Shown here: one piece after another, positions 40,281-52,600 of the stretch | Layout of the letters: the number at the start of each line of letters is the position of its first letter | How positions within the stretch are numbered: position 1 is the first letter of the stretch | Source: Eledone cirrhosa | Lineage: Eukaryota | Direction: 5' to 3' | DNA length: 64,000 bases | Assembly (NCBI GenBank): GCA_964016885.1 | Contig: OZ024754.1 | Location: forward strand, 28,396,001-28,460,000 | The notes under the pieces: generated by a model | Seen by the model: only the letters and a program-made list of their open reading frames with translations | Databases searched by the model: none | What the model was told of the DNA's origin: nothing | Position numbers and translations under genes: made by a program

Positions 40281-40636
40281 ATGTTGTTGGCATTAGGAAG
40301 GGCATCCAGCCATAGAAACTAATCCAGAAACAGTTCTATATGAGCAAGACACGGTCACCTGACCCAAACCAGACAAATCGTTTAACCCATGCTAGCATGG
40401 ATGTTAAACAACAATAATGATATATATATATATAAATAAGTGATAGAAACTTAAGAAAGCCAGTACAATTTCTAGAAGCTTCCTCTGTCAAAAACACTTT
40501 GAAAAATGCTGTGTGTGAGTGATGAATATTAGGATGAAAAGATTCATGTAAAAAGCTAGATAAAATGAACCACAGAGAGAAAGAATTAGAAGAGGAAGCT
40601 GTGTAGACAGGTGGACATTTTCTCTTTCTCTTTCTT

Positions 40637-40670
<34 letters not shown>

Positions 40671-40824
40671 ATGGAAATAATAATTTTCTCCAAATTAAAT
40701 AAATTTATGTCTTTCATTTATGTTTTCAGTTTGTCAAAATTTGTCTTGCAATGTTTTATCAAACTGTTATTATTGTTATTATTATTATTGTTATTATTAT
40801 TATTATTATTACTTTATTTGCCAG

Positions 40825-40929
40825 CTGACAGCCAAGAACATCCAGTGTATGAGAGCTCTCCTTAGTGTAGCTCACTGCCATGGTGGTATTTTGGGAACAG
40901 CTTGGCATCTTGTGCTTACAACTCTACAG
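40825..40929 (+). CDS. MON2: Internal coding exon of MON2 (Sec7-family-related endosome/Golgi trafficking regulator), 35 codons, phase 0-0
   Basis: ttatttgccag|CTG...CAG|gtatt splice sites; translates [35 protein letters not shown], matching the recalled vertebrate MON2 segment [35 protein letters not shown]. Confidence 0.95.
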
Positions 40930-41359
40930 GTATTAAATATTTCTCATATTTTCTATTTATTATTGTTGTTTTCATTGTTGTTTAACTCAAGCTCAGTTCT
41001 AATTGAGCACACTACCTGCATGAACTGTTAGCTATCGGGACACTGCATCCTTCAAAACTTCCATGCTTCCAGAAATTTGCCAACACTACACCTGATGTTA
41101 CTCCTCTATACATACAAGCACACGTGTGTGTGTGTGTCTGTGTGTATATCATGACTCATACACACACACACACACACTTTCTTGACATTTGTACATTATT
41201 CTATGTACCATACATGCTCTTTTGATGAGTTGTAGTGCACCTGAGCACTGTATACATTAATTTTCATTATTATAAAAGTACTTCCTTCATGACTATCCTG
41301 TATTTTTTCATATGTAGGACTGCTGTCTAATAAGGAGTTTTTGGTAAGTTTTTTTTTTG

Positions 41360-41590
41360 AAAAACTAAGCATAAGAATGTAGTGTGCAAGAGAGAAGATT
41401 GAGTTGGTATGGAAATGTGATGTATATAATATAGATGATGATGTTGAGTGAAGAGGTACCAACAGATCTTAGTGGAAGGAAGTTGCAGTAGAAGACCTGG
41501 GCAGAGGTGCTGAGAGCTGATCGTAAATTGCTGAATCACACAGAGGAGATGGTGAAAAAACATGAATGGAGTGAGGCTGTGCTTTGAGGA
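41360..41590 (+). mobile_element. Degenerate RTE LINE 3' relic in the MON2 intron
   Basis: Frameshifted RLSWYGNVM, VKRYQQILVEGSCSR remnants. Confidence 0.6.
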
Positions 41591-42009
41591 TGGTGACAGG
41601 GGGTATTTGAAGGATATTTGGCTGCTATTTCTAGTATATTATGTCACCATCTAGAGGCTTTCTCAATTCAGTTTTTGTCAGTTATGAAAACAAAATAAGG
41701 GGCAGTAGGAATGGTTTTATTGAAATTAAGTAGAGACAGAACCTATAAAATATAATTGTTCATTCAGGTTGTTTATTTGGAAAAAGTTGCACCTGAAAAT
41801 CCTAAGGCACATTCCTAACTTGCGATTCTCACTGGAATTTATACTTGCTCTCAGAATTGTATGTGTGTGAACATATATATATATAGACCAAAATCTTTTT
41901 TGAAATATTATTTACTTGATTTTTCTCAATTTCAGATGATTCTGCTTAGGGTGAAAGCAGAAGTTTATTGCTTAAAATTCTAATATGTACTTGTAATAAA
42001 TAAATAAAT

Positions 42010-42310
42010 AAATAAATAAATATATATATTAAGAATAACATGTTGAATTTTCACATGAATGTTTTTATTAAGTGGTTTAGTTTTACTATGTGGCTCCATA
42101 GCCAAGTGTCTTCTACTATAGCCTTGAATTGGCCAATGCATTCTCAGTGAAATTTAGTTAATAAATAAATATATATATATATTAAGAATAACATGTTGAA
42201 TTTTCACATGAATATTTTTATTAAGTGGTTTAGTTCTACTATGTGGCTCCACAGGCAAGTGTCTTCTACTATAGCCTTGAATTGGCCAATGCCTTCTCAG
42301 TGAAATTTAT
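42010..42310. repeat. ~150-bp direct tandem duplication containing a SINE fragment
   Basis: TATATTAAGAATAACATGTTGAATTTTCAC...CTTCTACTATAGCCTTGAATTGGCCAATGC twice. Confidence 0.85.
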
Positions 42311-42580
42311 TCGGCATAAACTGCAGATGACTGTTGTATATCATGATTATCATAATTTTTCATGCTAGTATAGGTTGGATAGATAATCAGCTCTAATTTG
42401 GAGCCTGACTTCACTGATGAGCCAGGTGTTGTTTCTTGCTTACATACATTCCTCTTGGGTGCATTGTATTGGGGCATTAGCAGCAGGGAGATTGTCATGT
42501 CTTTGATATGACTGAGGAATCCTCTTAACCCTTTGTTTGGTAAGCTTTCTATGGTTGGATGCCTTTCCTCACACCAACAG

Positions 42581-42621
<41 letters not shown>

Positions 42622-43875
42622 CACATCTATGGTTATTTATGTCCCTAGCTTAAAAGTATTTAAGCTGTGACATAATCACAGCTTAAAGTACTCATACATA
42701 AACATATATATGCATTCATATACATGTTTATTCTACTAGTTGTTGTTCTTTATCCAAGACCATCAAATTGTGATATCATTTTATATTTTATGATAGCATG
42801 ACTTGTCACTAATGCTAAACCTTATTGAATATTTATGGCAGATCATTGTCACATCTGAATTGAAGTGTTTTTAACTGCAAGTTACTTCTTTTACAGCTGT
42901 GCCAGATGAATGGTTGAAATTAAAGCTCCTATTATTGATAAACATCTTGTTGACAATTTGAATAAAAGGGTTAAACAAACTGCAAGATAATTATGACAAT
43001 AGCATTGAATATTTAATTTTATTTATGAAAAGAAGACATCCCGTTTAGAGATAAATCTGATTTTAATAAAAAAAACAAAAAATGAAGATTGTAAAAGATT
43101 TCACATTTAAAAAGAATTGTGTGCTGTTGTATAAAGATAAATCACAATCTTAACCCTTTTGCTAGCAATCTACCATAAATTGTACCTAGCTCTTTTACAA
43201 AACTGTGTTTTAAAATATACATATCTAAATTATACATATCTAAATATACATATCTAAATTAAAACTGCTTAAGATAAACTCTATGTAAAAATATAATTTC
43301 AGACAGCAGCTTAAAAATGACAGTTATTTTATTAAATCTCAATCTCTTATTTTATTTTAAAAATTAATTCAAAAATATAGGCAGTGTATTTCCATGAAAA
43401 TATGGTAACAAAATTGTTAAACATGTTTGAGAAATGGTGTATTAGATACAGGGCAAGCTTAGTGTTGTTAAAGAGTTTGTTTTGCAACCAGACACACTAC
43501 GTGGTACATTGGGCAAGTGTCTTCTACTACAGCCTCATATTCAGCAATGCTTTGTGAGTGAAATTTGATAGACAAATTGCAAAATCTCATCATATATATG
43601 TATGTTTATGTGTCTGTGTTTACTGTTTGTTTGTCCTGTAATGTAATTTAGTGAATTAACAAAAACAGATTGATAAAATACGTATCAGATGTATAAAATA
43701 AGTACCAGACAAGTACTAGAGTTATCATTGACTAATTCCTTTCCCTTTTCTTCTCTTTTTTTTTGAATTTATTTCTTTCCCTTTTGTTTCTTTTTCTTTC
43801 TTTCTGTTTGTAAATTTATAGAATCGAATATCGATGAAGATTATTTTGTTTTATCTTCCTTTTATTTTCCCATAG

Positions 43876-44033
43876 CACTTAGTGTGGATTTTAGGGCTAA
43901 AACCTTCGACTGGTGGCAGTTTAAAAGCTGGGCAACAAATCAATGATGTTTCCAATGCTGTTATCACAACAGCAATCATGGCGGATTTACCTGTTTTGTC
44001 AGCCATGTTGTCAAGGCTCTTCGAAAGTTCACA
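43876..44033 (+). CDS. MON2: Next internal coding exon of MON2 (158 nt, phase 0-2)
   Basis: ttttcccatag|CAC...TCACA|gtaagt; translates [52 protein letters not shown](Q), in frame with the previous exon and matching recalled MON2 [17 protein letters not shown]...[23 protein letters not shown]. Not in the ORF track. Confidence 0.95.
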
Positions 44034-44767
44034 GTAAGTTTCTATTTATTTATTTGTTTAAATGTTTGTTTGTTTGATTTTTTCTTCTTTGTTTTATTAT
44101 ACAATTTTGTGCTTGATGTTTTTTGGTTGTTATAGTAACTTTTTTTTTAATCCTGCAAATTCACCACCACCACCATCATCAACATTGCTATCATTACCAT
44201 CACCACCATCATCACTTCATCCTTATCGTCACCATCACCATCTTGTCATCATCATCCTCAGCCTATCATTCCATCCTCACCATCACCATCATTTCATCTT
44301 CACCATCACTTCATTCAACATGTCATCTTCACCATCATTCTCACCATCACTATCCTCATCACCCCCCCCCCCCCCCCCACACTGCCACCACCACAATCAC
44401 CACCAAACTACAGCAGATGTAGTACAACAGTTAGTGTCATCTCCTTACTTAGATAACATGTTTTCAGTATAGTAAACTTCATTGCATATTCGGTTACTAT
44501 AGCAACAGATTTGGAAATAAAATCCAAGATACATTGTTAACTCTTAGGAAGAAATAAGATAATACGTAAACGAGAAATATATACACATGTATATATATGT
44601 ATATAAAATATATAAATATGTGTTTGTGTATATAACTTGTTCTATACACACACACATAAAGGACACTGTAAGTTGGGAAGATTCTTCTTCAAGGAAACCT
44701 TAAGACCACATTGAATTCTAACAATGTTATCGGTCCCACCACAAACAGGTGGAAAGCAATATATATA

Positions 44768-44980
44768 TATCATCATTGTTTAACATCCATCTTCCATGCT
44801 AGCATGGGTCGGATAGTTTTGTTCCACTTGAGGCGAGATTGGTCGAGAGACCGTGTCTTGCTCGTACAGAACTGTCCCTGGCAGGTTTTCTATGACTGGA
44901 TGACCTTCCTAAAACCAACCACATTTACAGTGTGGACTGGGAGCCTTTTTACCGTGTCTCCTACATGACCACTTTACATA
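44768..44980 (-). mobile_element. RTE-type 3' UTR/tail fragment related to 7076-7300
   Basis: CATCATTGTTTAACATCC..CCATGCTAGCATGGG..CCACTTGAGG..ACCACATTTACAGTGTGGACTGGGAG. Confidence 0.8.
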
Positions 44981-45195
44981 TATGTATATATATATATATA
45001 TTTTTATTGTTTGACCCGAATTACTTGGTCGTTTCTTTGGCTGTGCGGATGTTTTGTTTAACCATCATCTCAGTGTGTTTGGCCTTTAACATATGTTGTA
45101 GCTCTGATTCATTCTGAATCATTGAGCGCTTGCCACACATCTTGGAAGTTGTTTTTCGTTAATTCCTAAGCCGAAATACGATTCTCGCTAATTGA

Positions 45196-45255
<60 letters not shown>

Positions 45256-46024
45256 AACAGACAATTTATTGTGCAACATTTATTCAATGAAAAATAAAAA
45301 TAATACTAACCATAATAAATATAACTACCAAAGAATGTAGTGGTTTTCTGATGAGAAAGATATATTCTGGTTTGGTGTTTTTGTAATTTTACTGAAAGGA
45401 AAATGCAAATTTTGAAATGGTATTTAACATTCTAAAAGAATAAGAATTAAAAGAATAAAAAAATAAATTACATATTCTCTTCGACTTTGAAAAGAATATT
45501 AAATTTCTTTTTCCACTCACCATATTCTTTTTTTCAAAATAGTATTTAATTTGTATAATTTTTTTTTATTCTCTGTTGATTTCAACATATTTCTGATAAT
45601 TCTCTGTTGATTTCAACATATTTCTGATAATTCTGTTTAGTTCTGCAGGTAATATATTCTCCAATTTTATTAGACGTTCAAAAGATCCATTCTTTAATTT
45701 ATTCATTTAAAACAGAGTATTAAATAGCAGATTGACTAATTGGTAAATGTTTTTAACCAAGATTTCTTATATAACATTTTTTTTTTACTTCATTTCAAAT
45801 AGTTTCTGTATTTATCCAGAAGCTTGTTACATAGGAAAGATTGATGCAGCATACAACATCGATTAATTGTTAACCAATTTAAATATAATTTTACTTTCTG
45901 TCATTAATTAAACTGTATATGTATCATCCTGAAAACAATTTTATTGTTTTTAATAGTTTTATAATAGTTTTATAATTGCTGTGTATTCTTGTGTATAAGT
46001 CACACATTTTTTTAGGAACATACA

Positions 46025-46972
46025 GTGGAATCGTTCGCCTTGTTCTTCTGACTAGGCACCCATATTGTCCTTGAATTTTTGCAGGCGAGCGTCCAGGATA
46101 TGGAGTTGAAGCAACATCCTGCATCCCATGGCGCCAAAAGCCTTTATCAGATCCTGCACCAGTTGCTGGTAGTTTTCAGCCCAGGAAGCCCTTAACAACT
46201 GCCTTGAAACAGTTCCATGCTGTTCTCTCAATCCTATTGAGCTTATTGGAGAACTCGGTAGACTCAAGCACCTTCTTTATCTGAGGTCCAACAAAAATTC
46301 CACCTTTGATTTTTGCCTCAGATAACTTGGGGAAGAACTCAAGAAGGTACTTAAAAGCGGCTGATTCTTGGTTGAGAGCCTTCACAAACTGCTTCATCAA
46401 CCCCAACTTAATGTGCAGTGGCGGCATGAGCACAATCCTGGGATCGACCAGTGGCTCCCACATGACGTTCTGGGTCCCAACTACAAATTCTGTTCGCTGC
46501 TCCCAGTTCTTTTTGTAGTGGTCAGAGGTGGCTCTGCTGTCCCAAAGCAGAGGAAGCATTGGAATTTGATAAAGCCTCCTTGGAGTCCAAGCAGGAAAGC
46601 CACCATCTTGAAGTCTCCAATGATTTCCCAATTGTACTGGTTGTATTGCAGAGCTCCCAAGTGGACTTTCACACTGTAGTAATCTTCCTTCAGGCAGACT
46701 GAATGAGCTAGGGGCAGTGTTGGGAACTTGTTTCCATTGTGGAGGAGGACAGCCTTCAAACTTGTGGTGGAGCTGTCTATAAATAGCCGCCACTCCTTGG
46801 GCACAAACGGCACCTCAATAACGTCAAACAGTCCAGACACATCATGGCAGAAGCAGAGGCCATCCCTAAGAGTTTAAAAGCCTGAGAAAGGTTTGTGTCG
46901 ACTTCTCTGACTTGTCACCTGCACTTCCTCCTTGACCAAGTTCCTCTGCTTCATCCTGGAGACGAATGCTTA
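46025..46972 (-). pseudogene. Chapaev3-like (CMC superfamily) DNA transposase core, frameshifted
   Basis: EWRLFIDSSTTSLKAVLLHNGN, IIGDFKMVAFLLGLQGG, CFLC(L)WDSR, PPLHIKLGLMKQFVKAL, GIFVGPQI, MGA*SEEQGERFH spread over three frames. Confidence 0.8.
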
Positions 46973-47329
46973 AAACACAACTTACCCTTTATTCAGGGTG
47001 CGAAAATCCAGTATCAATAAATCTCTTTAATCCACTTTTTAACAATTTTATACTTTATTGCCCTTTTATAATTTTCTTTAGGTATTACTCTTTATTTTAT
47101 AATTTTAATTTAACCTGAAACATATATAAAAAAAATCATTTAACATAAGCAAATTAAACTTACATGCAACGTAAAATCCAGCATACAAAATAAAGAAAAT
47201 AAGATGGGTGCTTCTGCCTGTTTTTTCTGTCTCAAGAGATACTTTACCTGATTTTCATGCACACTTTTTGCCACTGTAAATAAAGACCCCCCCCCTCACT
47301 TCTCAACATTAAATACCCCCAGAATTCTG

Positions 47330-47480
47330 CTATTTTAAGGGAGAGCAAAATTTAAACTATATGTCGACATGCTCCAGGAGCTATATAACCTATGTATCAA
47401 ATTTGAACAAAATCAGATGGAAACTGTGGAAATGCATCGCCTGCATATATACAGACATTTTCATTTATATACTTATATAT
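47330..47480 (+). mobile_element. Possible Helentron/Lep1-like non-autonomous 3' end
   Basis: TATGTATCAAATTTGAACAAAATCAGATGG...ACAGACATTTTCATTTATATA resembles recalled HINE/Lep1 termini. Confidence 0.4.
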
Positions 47481-48157
47481 ATATGTGTGTATCATCATCA
47501 TCATCATCATTTTACGTCCGAAGGAGTGATTATGTTATTGATCTTCTATAAATTGCAGTTGAATCTTCTTTAAACTATATCTGCTTTCTTTTTATTTGTA
47601 ATGTAATGTAATGTAATCCATAGTACATTTTTCCTGAAAAATGAAATACAGGATGGTCATGTCTTGAATACACCTAATTGTAGACATGGAGCTAAACAAC
47701 AAACAATCAACATATAGTTATTTGGCTATTATTGTCCACATTACTACAGGTGAAATCATCCTGTAAGTCATCCTCTGCACTTATGTATTTATAGGATATA
47801 GTTCCAAGTACTGAATAAGCTTTTTTGCATAGTTTTCTGAAAGGAAAACATACATTTGGGCATGTGTCTGTTCTTGCATGTACAAATATTTGTGTACATG
47901 CACGAGCACAGAAACACACATATATAAAACAAGAAGTATAAGTCAGCAGGTTAAAATTAACTTCATTTATTCATATTCGCCGTTATATATATTTCGGTGA
48001 TAACCATTATTCAACAGCTATGACCTAATCAGACAGCTAGAACTCGAACAGAAAAACTTTAAAAATTACTCTGGAGTAAACAGATCCACCTGCACACTGT
48101 GTTGAGTGCTCTACCCTGCATACTGAAGTGTTGGTAAATAACCAACACATACTCAAA

Positions 48158-48197
<40 letters not shown>

Positions 48198-48834
48198 CAC
48201 ACACTGATCGTTACATTGGACTGAGGTAACTTTGTTTCCATTGCTCTTACTATCTGCTGGCTTCAACTAATGGCAGAAATATTATCACCTTTCTTGTTAT
48301 CAGAATGTACAGAGTTGAAACAGATATCAGACAGCATTTTGTCTGATTCTTTAACAATTCAATCAAATTCATTGTCCTTAGAATGATACCTTATTTTGAT
48401 ACTGAAAGGGATGAAAAGCAAAGTTCACCTCAGTAGAACCCAGAGAGCAGAGAGCCTGAATAAATATAGGGGCTTTTAATGTACCATAATAAATATAGGG
48501 GCTTTTAATGTACCAACTTTGCCAGTTTGCTGTATAATAAAATAGGAAACTTTGCAAATATTGTTGCTTTACACTTCACCGTGACTCAGAATCTGTCAGA
48601 ATTATCTATATTTCTATCTATCTATCCATCCATCTATTTCTGTGTGTGTACATGTGTGTGTTTATGTATCTTTCTATAAATACCTATTATTTATCATCTT
48701 CATTTAATGACTGCTTCCATTACAAGAAAGGTGTGTGTGTTTGTATTATATATAGATATATATATATATATATACAAATGAAAGGTATAGAAAGTATTGT
48801 AGCATAAGCCAACAATATTCCATAATATATAAGT

Positions 48835-48922
<88 letters not shown>

Positions 48923-49644
48923 CTATTTATTTCACTGTGCATATTATTTACTGTACGTTGTCTACCGTGATATATTATCAAGCTCCAATGTTCTCATTGG
49001 CAATTGCAGAAAAGTTTTCTTTTCACACCTGCTTAAAATCCCATTTATTAAGTTTTGTGTGCATCTCAAAAAAAGAAAAGAATCCCGACTGCCTTTATCC
49101 TGTTTTTCTTTATTAGAAGATTGGCAGATTGTGTACAAATTTAGTTGCAATATATTGCAAAAAAATGATATTAAAATGTTAACATTCTTTTCTCATATCA
49201 TTGTTATTAAATCTATTTTGTGGTTGAAAATAAACTTAGTAACCATTTGCATATAAAATAATTGCAACGTGAGTGCAGAAAAGGCTGTGTGGTTAAGAGT
49301 TTTGCTCTCCATCTATGTGGTTTAAGTTTTCAGTCCCACTATCTGAGAGCCAATTGCATGTATATATCTATCTATCTATCTATCTATATGTATATATATA
49401 GTAATAATAAATACTAAGACCAACATCTGAAGAGTGATTGATAAGGATACAGAGTGAAAGCAGAAATTCTTTGCTTAAAATTTAATCTGTATTAATAATA
49501 TATATATATATATATATATATTCATATATATTCATAGAAATAATTTGAAAACTTGAACTCAAATGTAGCTGTTAAAACAGCAACATGCTGTCAATGATAC
49601 CCTTTTTAACATTAACCACATTACAGGCTGTACTGGTTGCACCA

Positions 49645-52600
49645 GCACTCCCAATTTACAGGGTAGACTGGGTACATTTTATTGTGGAGCCAGTACTACC
49701 ACTTTACAGAGTAGACTGGGTCATTTTATTGTGGAGTCAATGCTACAACTTTACAGAGTAGACTGGGTACATTTTATTGTGGAGCCAGTACTACCACTTT
49801 ACAGAGTAGACTGGGTCATTTTATTGTGGAGTCAATGCTACCACTTTACAGAGTAGACTGGGTACATTTTATTGTGGAGTCAGTGCTACCACTTTACAGA
49901 GTAGACTGGGTACATTTTATTGTGGAGTCAGTGCTACCACTTTACAGAGTAGACTGGGTACATTTTATTGTGGAGTCAGTGCTACCACTTTATAGAGTAG
50001 ACTGGGTGCATTTTATTGTGGAGCCAGCTCTCCCACTTTACAGAGTAGACTGGGTACATTTTATTGTGGAGCCAGCTCTCCCACTTTACAGAGTAGACTG
50101 GGTACATTTTATTGTGGAGTCAGTGCTACCACTTTACAGAGTAGACTGGGTACATTTTATTGTGGAGTCAGTGCTACCACTTTATAGAGTAGACTGGGTG
50201 CATTTTATTGTGGAGCCAGCTCTCCCACTTTACAGAGTAGACTGGGTACATTTTATTGTGGAGCCAGCTCTCCCACTTTACAGAGTAGACTGGGTACATT
50301 TTATTGTGGAGTCAGTGCTACCACTTTACAGAGTAGACTGGGTACATTTTATTGTGGAGTCAGTGCTACCACTTTACAGAGTAGACTGGGTACATTTTAT
50401 TGTGGAGTCAGTGCTACCACTTTATAGAGTAGACTGGGTGCATTTTATTGTGGAGTCAATGCTACAACTTTACAGAGTAGACTGGGTACATTTTATTGTG
50501 GAGCCAGTACTACCACTTTACAGAGTAGACTGGGTCATTTTATTGTGGAGTCAATGCTACCACTTTACAGAGTAGACTGGGTACATTTTATTGTGGAGTC
50601 AGTGCTACCACTTTACAGAGTAGACTGGGTACATTTTATTGTGGAGTCAGTGCTACCACTTTACAGAGTAGACTGGGTACATTTTATTGTGGAGTCAGTG
50701 CTACCACTTTATAGAGTAGACTGGGTGCATTTTATTGTGGAGCCAGCTCTCCCACTTTACAGAGTAGACTGGGTACATTTTATTGTGGAGCCAGCTCTCC
50801 CACTTTACAGAGTAGACTGGGTACATTTTATTGTGGAGTCAGTGCTACCACTTTACAGAGTAGACTGGGTACATTTTATTGTGGAGTCAGTGCTACCACT
50901 TTATAGAGTAGACTGGGTGCATTTTATTGTGGAGCCAGCTCTCCCACTTTACAGAGTAGACTGGGTACATTTTATTGTGGAGCCAGCTCTCCCACTTTAC
51001 AGAGTAGACTGGGTACATTTTATTGTGGAGTCAGTGCTACCACTTTACAGAGTAGACTGGGTACATTTTATTGTGGAGTCAGTGCTACCACTTTACAGAG
51101 TAGACTGGGTACATTTTATTGTGGAGTCAGTGCTACCACTTTATAGAGTAGACTGGGTGCATTTTATTGTGGAGCCAGCTCTCCCACTTTACAGAGTAGA
51201 CTGGGTACATTTTATTGTGGAGCCAGCTCTCCCACTTTACAGAGTAGACTGGGTACATTTTATTGTGGAGTCAGTGCTACCACTTTACAGAGTAGACTGG
51301 GTACATTTTATTGTGAAGTCAGTGCTACCACTTTATAGAGTAGACTGGGTGCATTTTATTGTGGAGCCAGCTCTCCCACTTTACAGAGTAGACTGGGTAC
51401 ATTTTATTGTGGAGCCAGCTCTCCCACTTTACAGAGTAGACTGGGTACATTTTATTGTGGAGTCAATGCTACAACTTTACAGAGTAGACTGGGTACATTT
51501 TATTGTGGAGCCAGCTCTCCCACTTTACAGAGTAGACTGGGTACATTTTATTGTGGAGTCAATGCTACAACTTTACAGAGTAGACTGGGTGCATTTTATT
51601 GTGGAGCCAGTACTACCACTTTACAGAGTAGACTGGGTGCATTTTATTGTGGAGTCAGTGCTACCACTTTACAGAGTAGACTGGGTGCATTTTATTGTGG
51701 AGTCAGTGCTACAACTTTACAGAGTAGACTGGGTGCATTTTATTGTGGAGTCAGTACTACCACTTTACAGAGTAGACTGGGTGCATTTTATTGTGGAGCC
51801 AGCTCTCCCACTTTACAGAGTAGACTGGGTACATTTTATTGTGGAGCCAGCTCTCCCACTTTACAGAGTAGACTGGGTACATTTTATTGTGGAGTCAATG
51901 CTACAACTTTACAGAGTAGACTGGGTACATTTTATTGTGGAGCCAGCTCTCCCACTTTACAGAGTAGACTGGGTGCATTTTATTGTGGAGCCAGTACTAC
52001 CACTTTACAGAGTAGACAGGGTACATTTTATTGTGGAGTCAGTGCTACCACTTTACAGAGTAGACTGGGTGCATTTTATTGTGGAGTCAGTGCTACCACT
52101 TTACAGAGTAGACTGGGTGCATTTTATTGTGGAGTCAGTGCTACAACTTTACAGAGTAGACTGGGTGCATTTTATTGTGGAGTCAGTACTACCACTTTAC
52201 AGAGTAGACTGGGTGCATTTTATTGTGGAGCCAGCTCTCCCACTTTACAGAGTAGACTGGGTACATTTTATTGTGGAGCCAGCTCTCCCACTTTACAGAG
52301 TAGACTGGGTACATTTTATTGTGGAGTCAATGCTACAACTTTACAGAGTAGACTGGGTACATTTTATTGTGGAGCCAGCTCTCCCACTTTACAGAGTAGA
52401 CTGGGTGCATTTTATTGTGGAGCCAGTACTACCACTTTACAGAGTAGACAGGGTACATTTTATTGTGGAGTCAGTGCTACCACTTTACAGAGTAGACTGG
52501 GTGCATTTTATTGTGGAGTCAGTGCTGCCACTTTACAGAGTAGACTGGGTGCATTTTATTGTGGAGCCAGTACTACCACTTTACAGAGTAGACTGGGTAC

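Noticed and set aside
42652-42692. Short palindrome TTTAAGCTGTGA-CATAA-TCACAGCTTAAA
   Set aside because: Only ~12-bp perfect arms in AT-rich DNA; no further support for function
44062-44472. Ser/Pro/His-rich ORFs after the MON2 exon
   Set aside because: (CAT/CAC)n low-complexity intron sequence downstream of a strong GTAAGT donor
41925-49490. Hammerhead-like fragments near 41933, 45010-45085 (minus) and 49427
   Set aside because: Cores incomplete and stems not convincingly paired; possibly pLTR relics but unsupported
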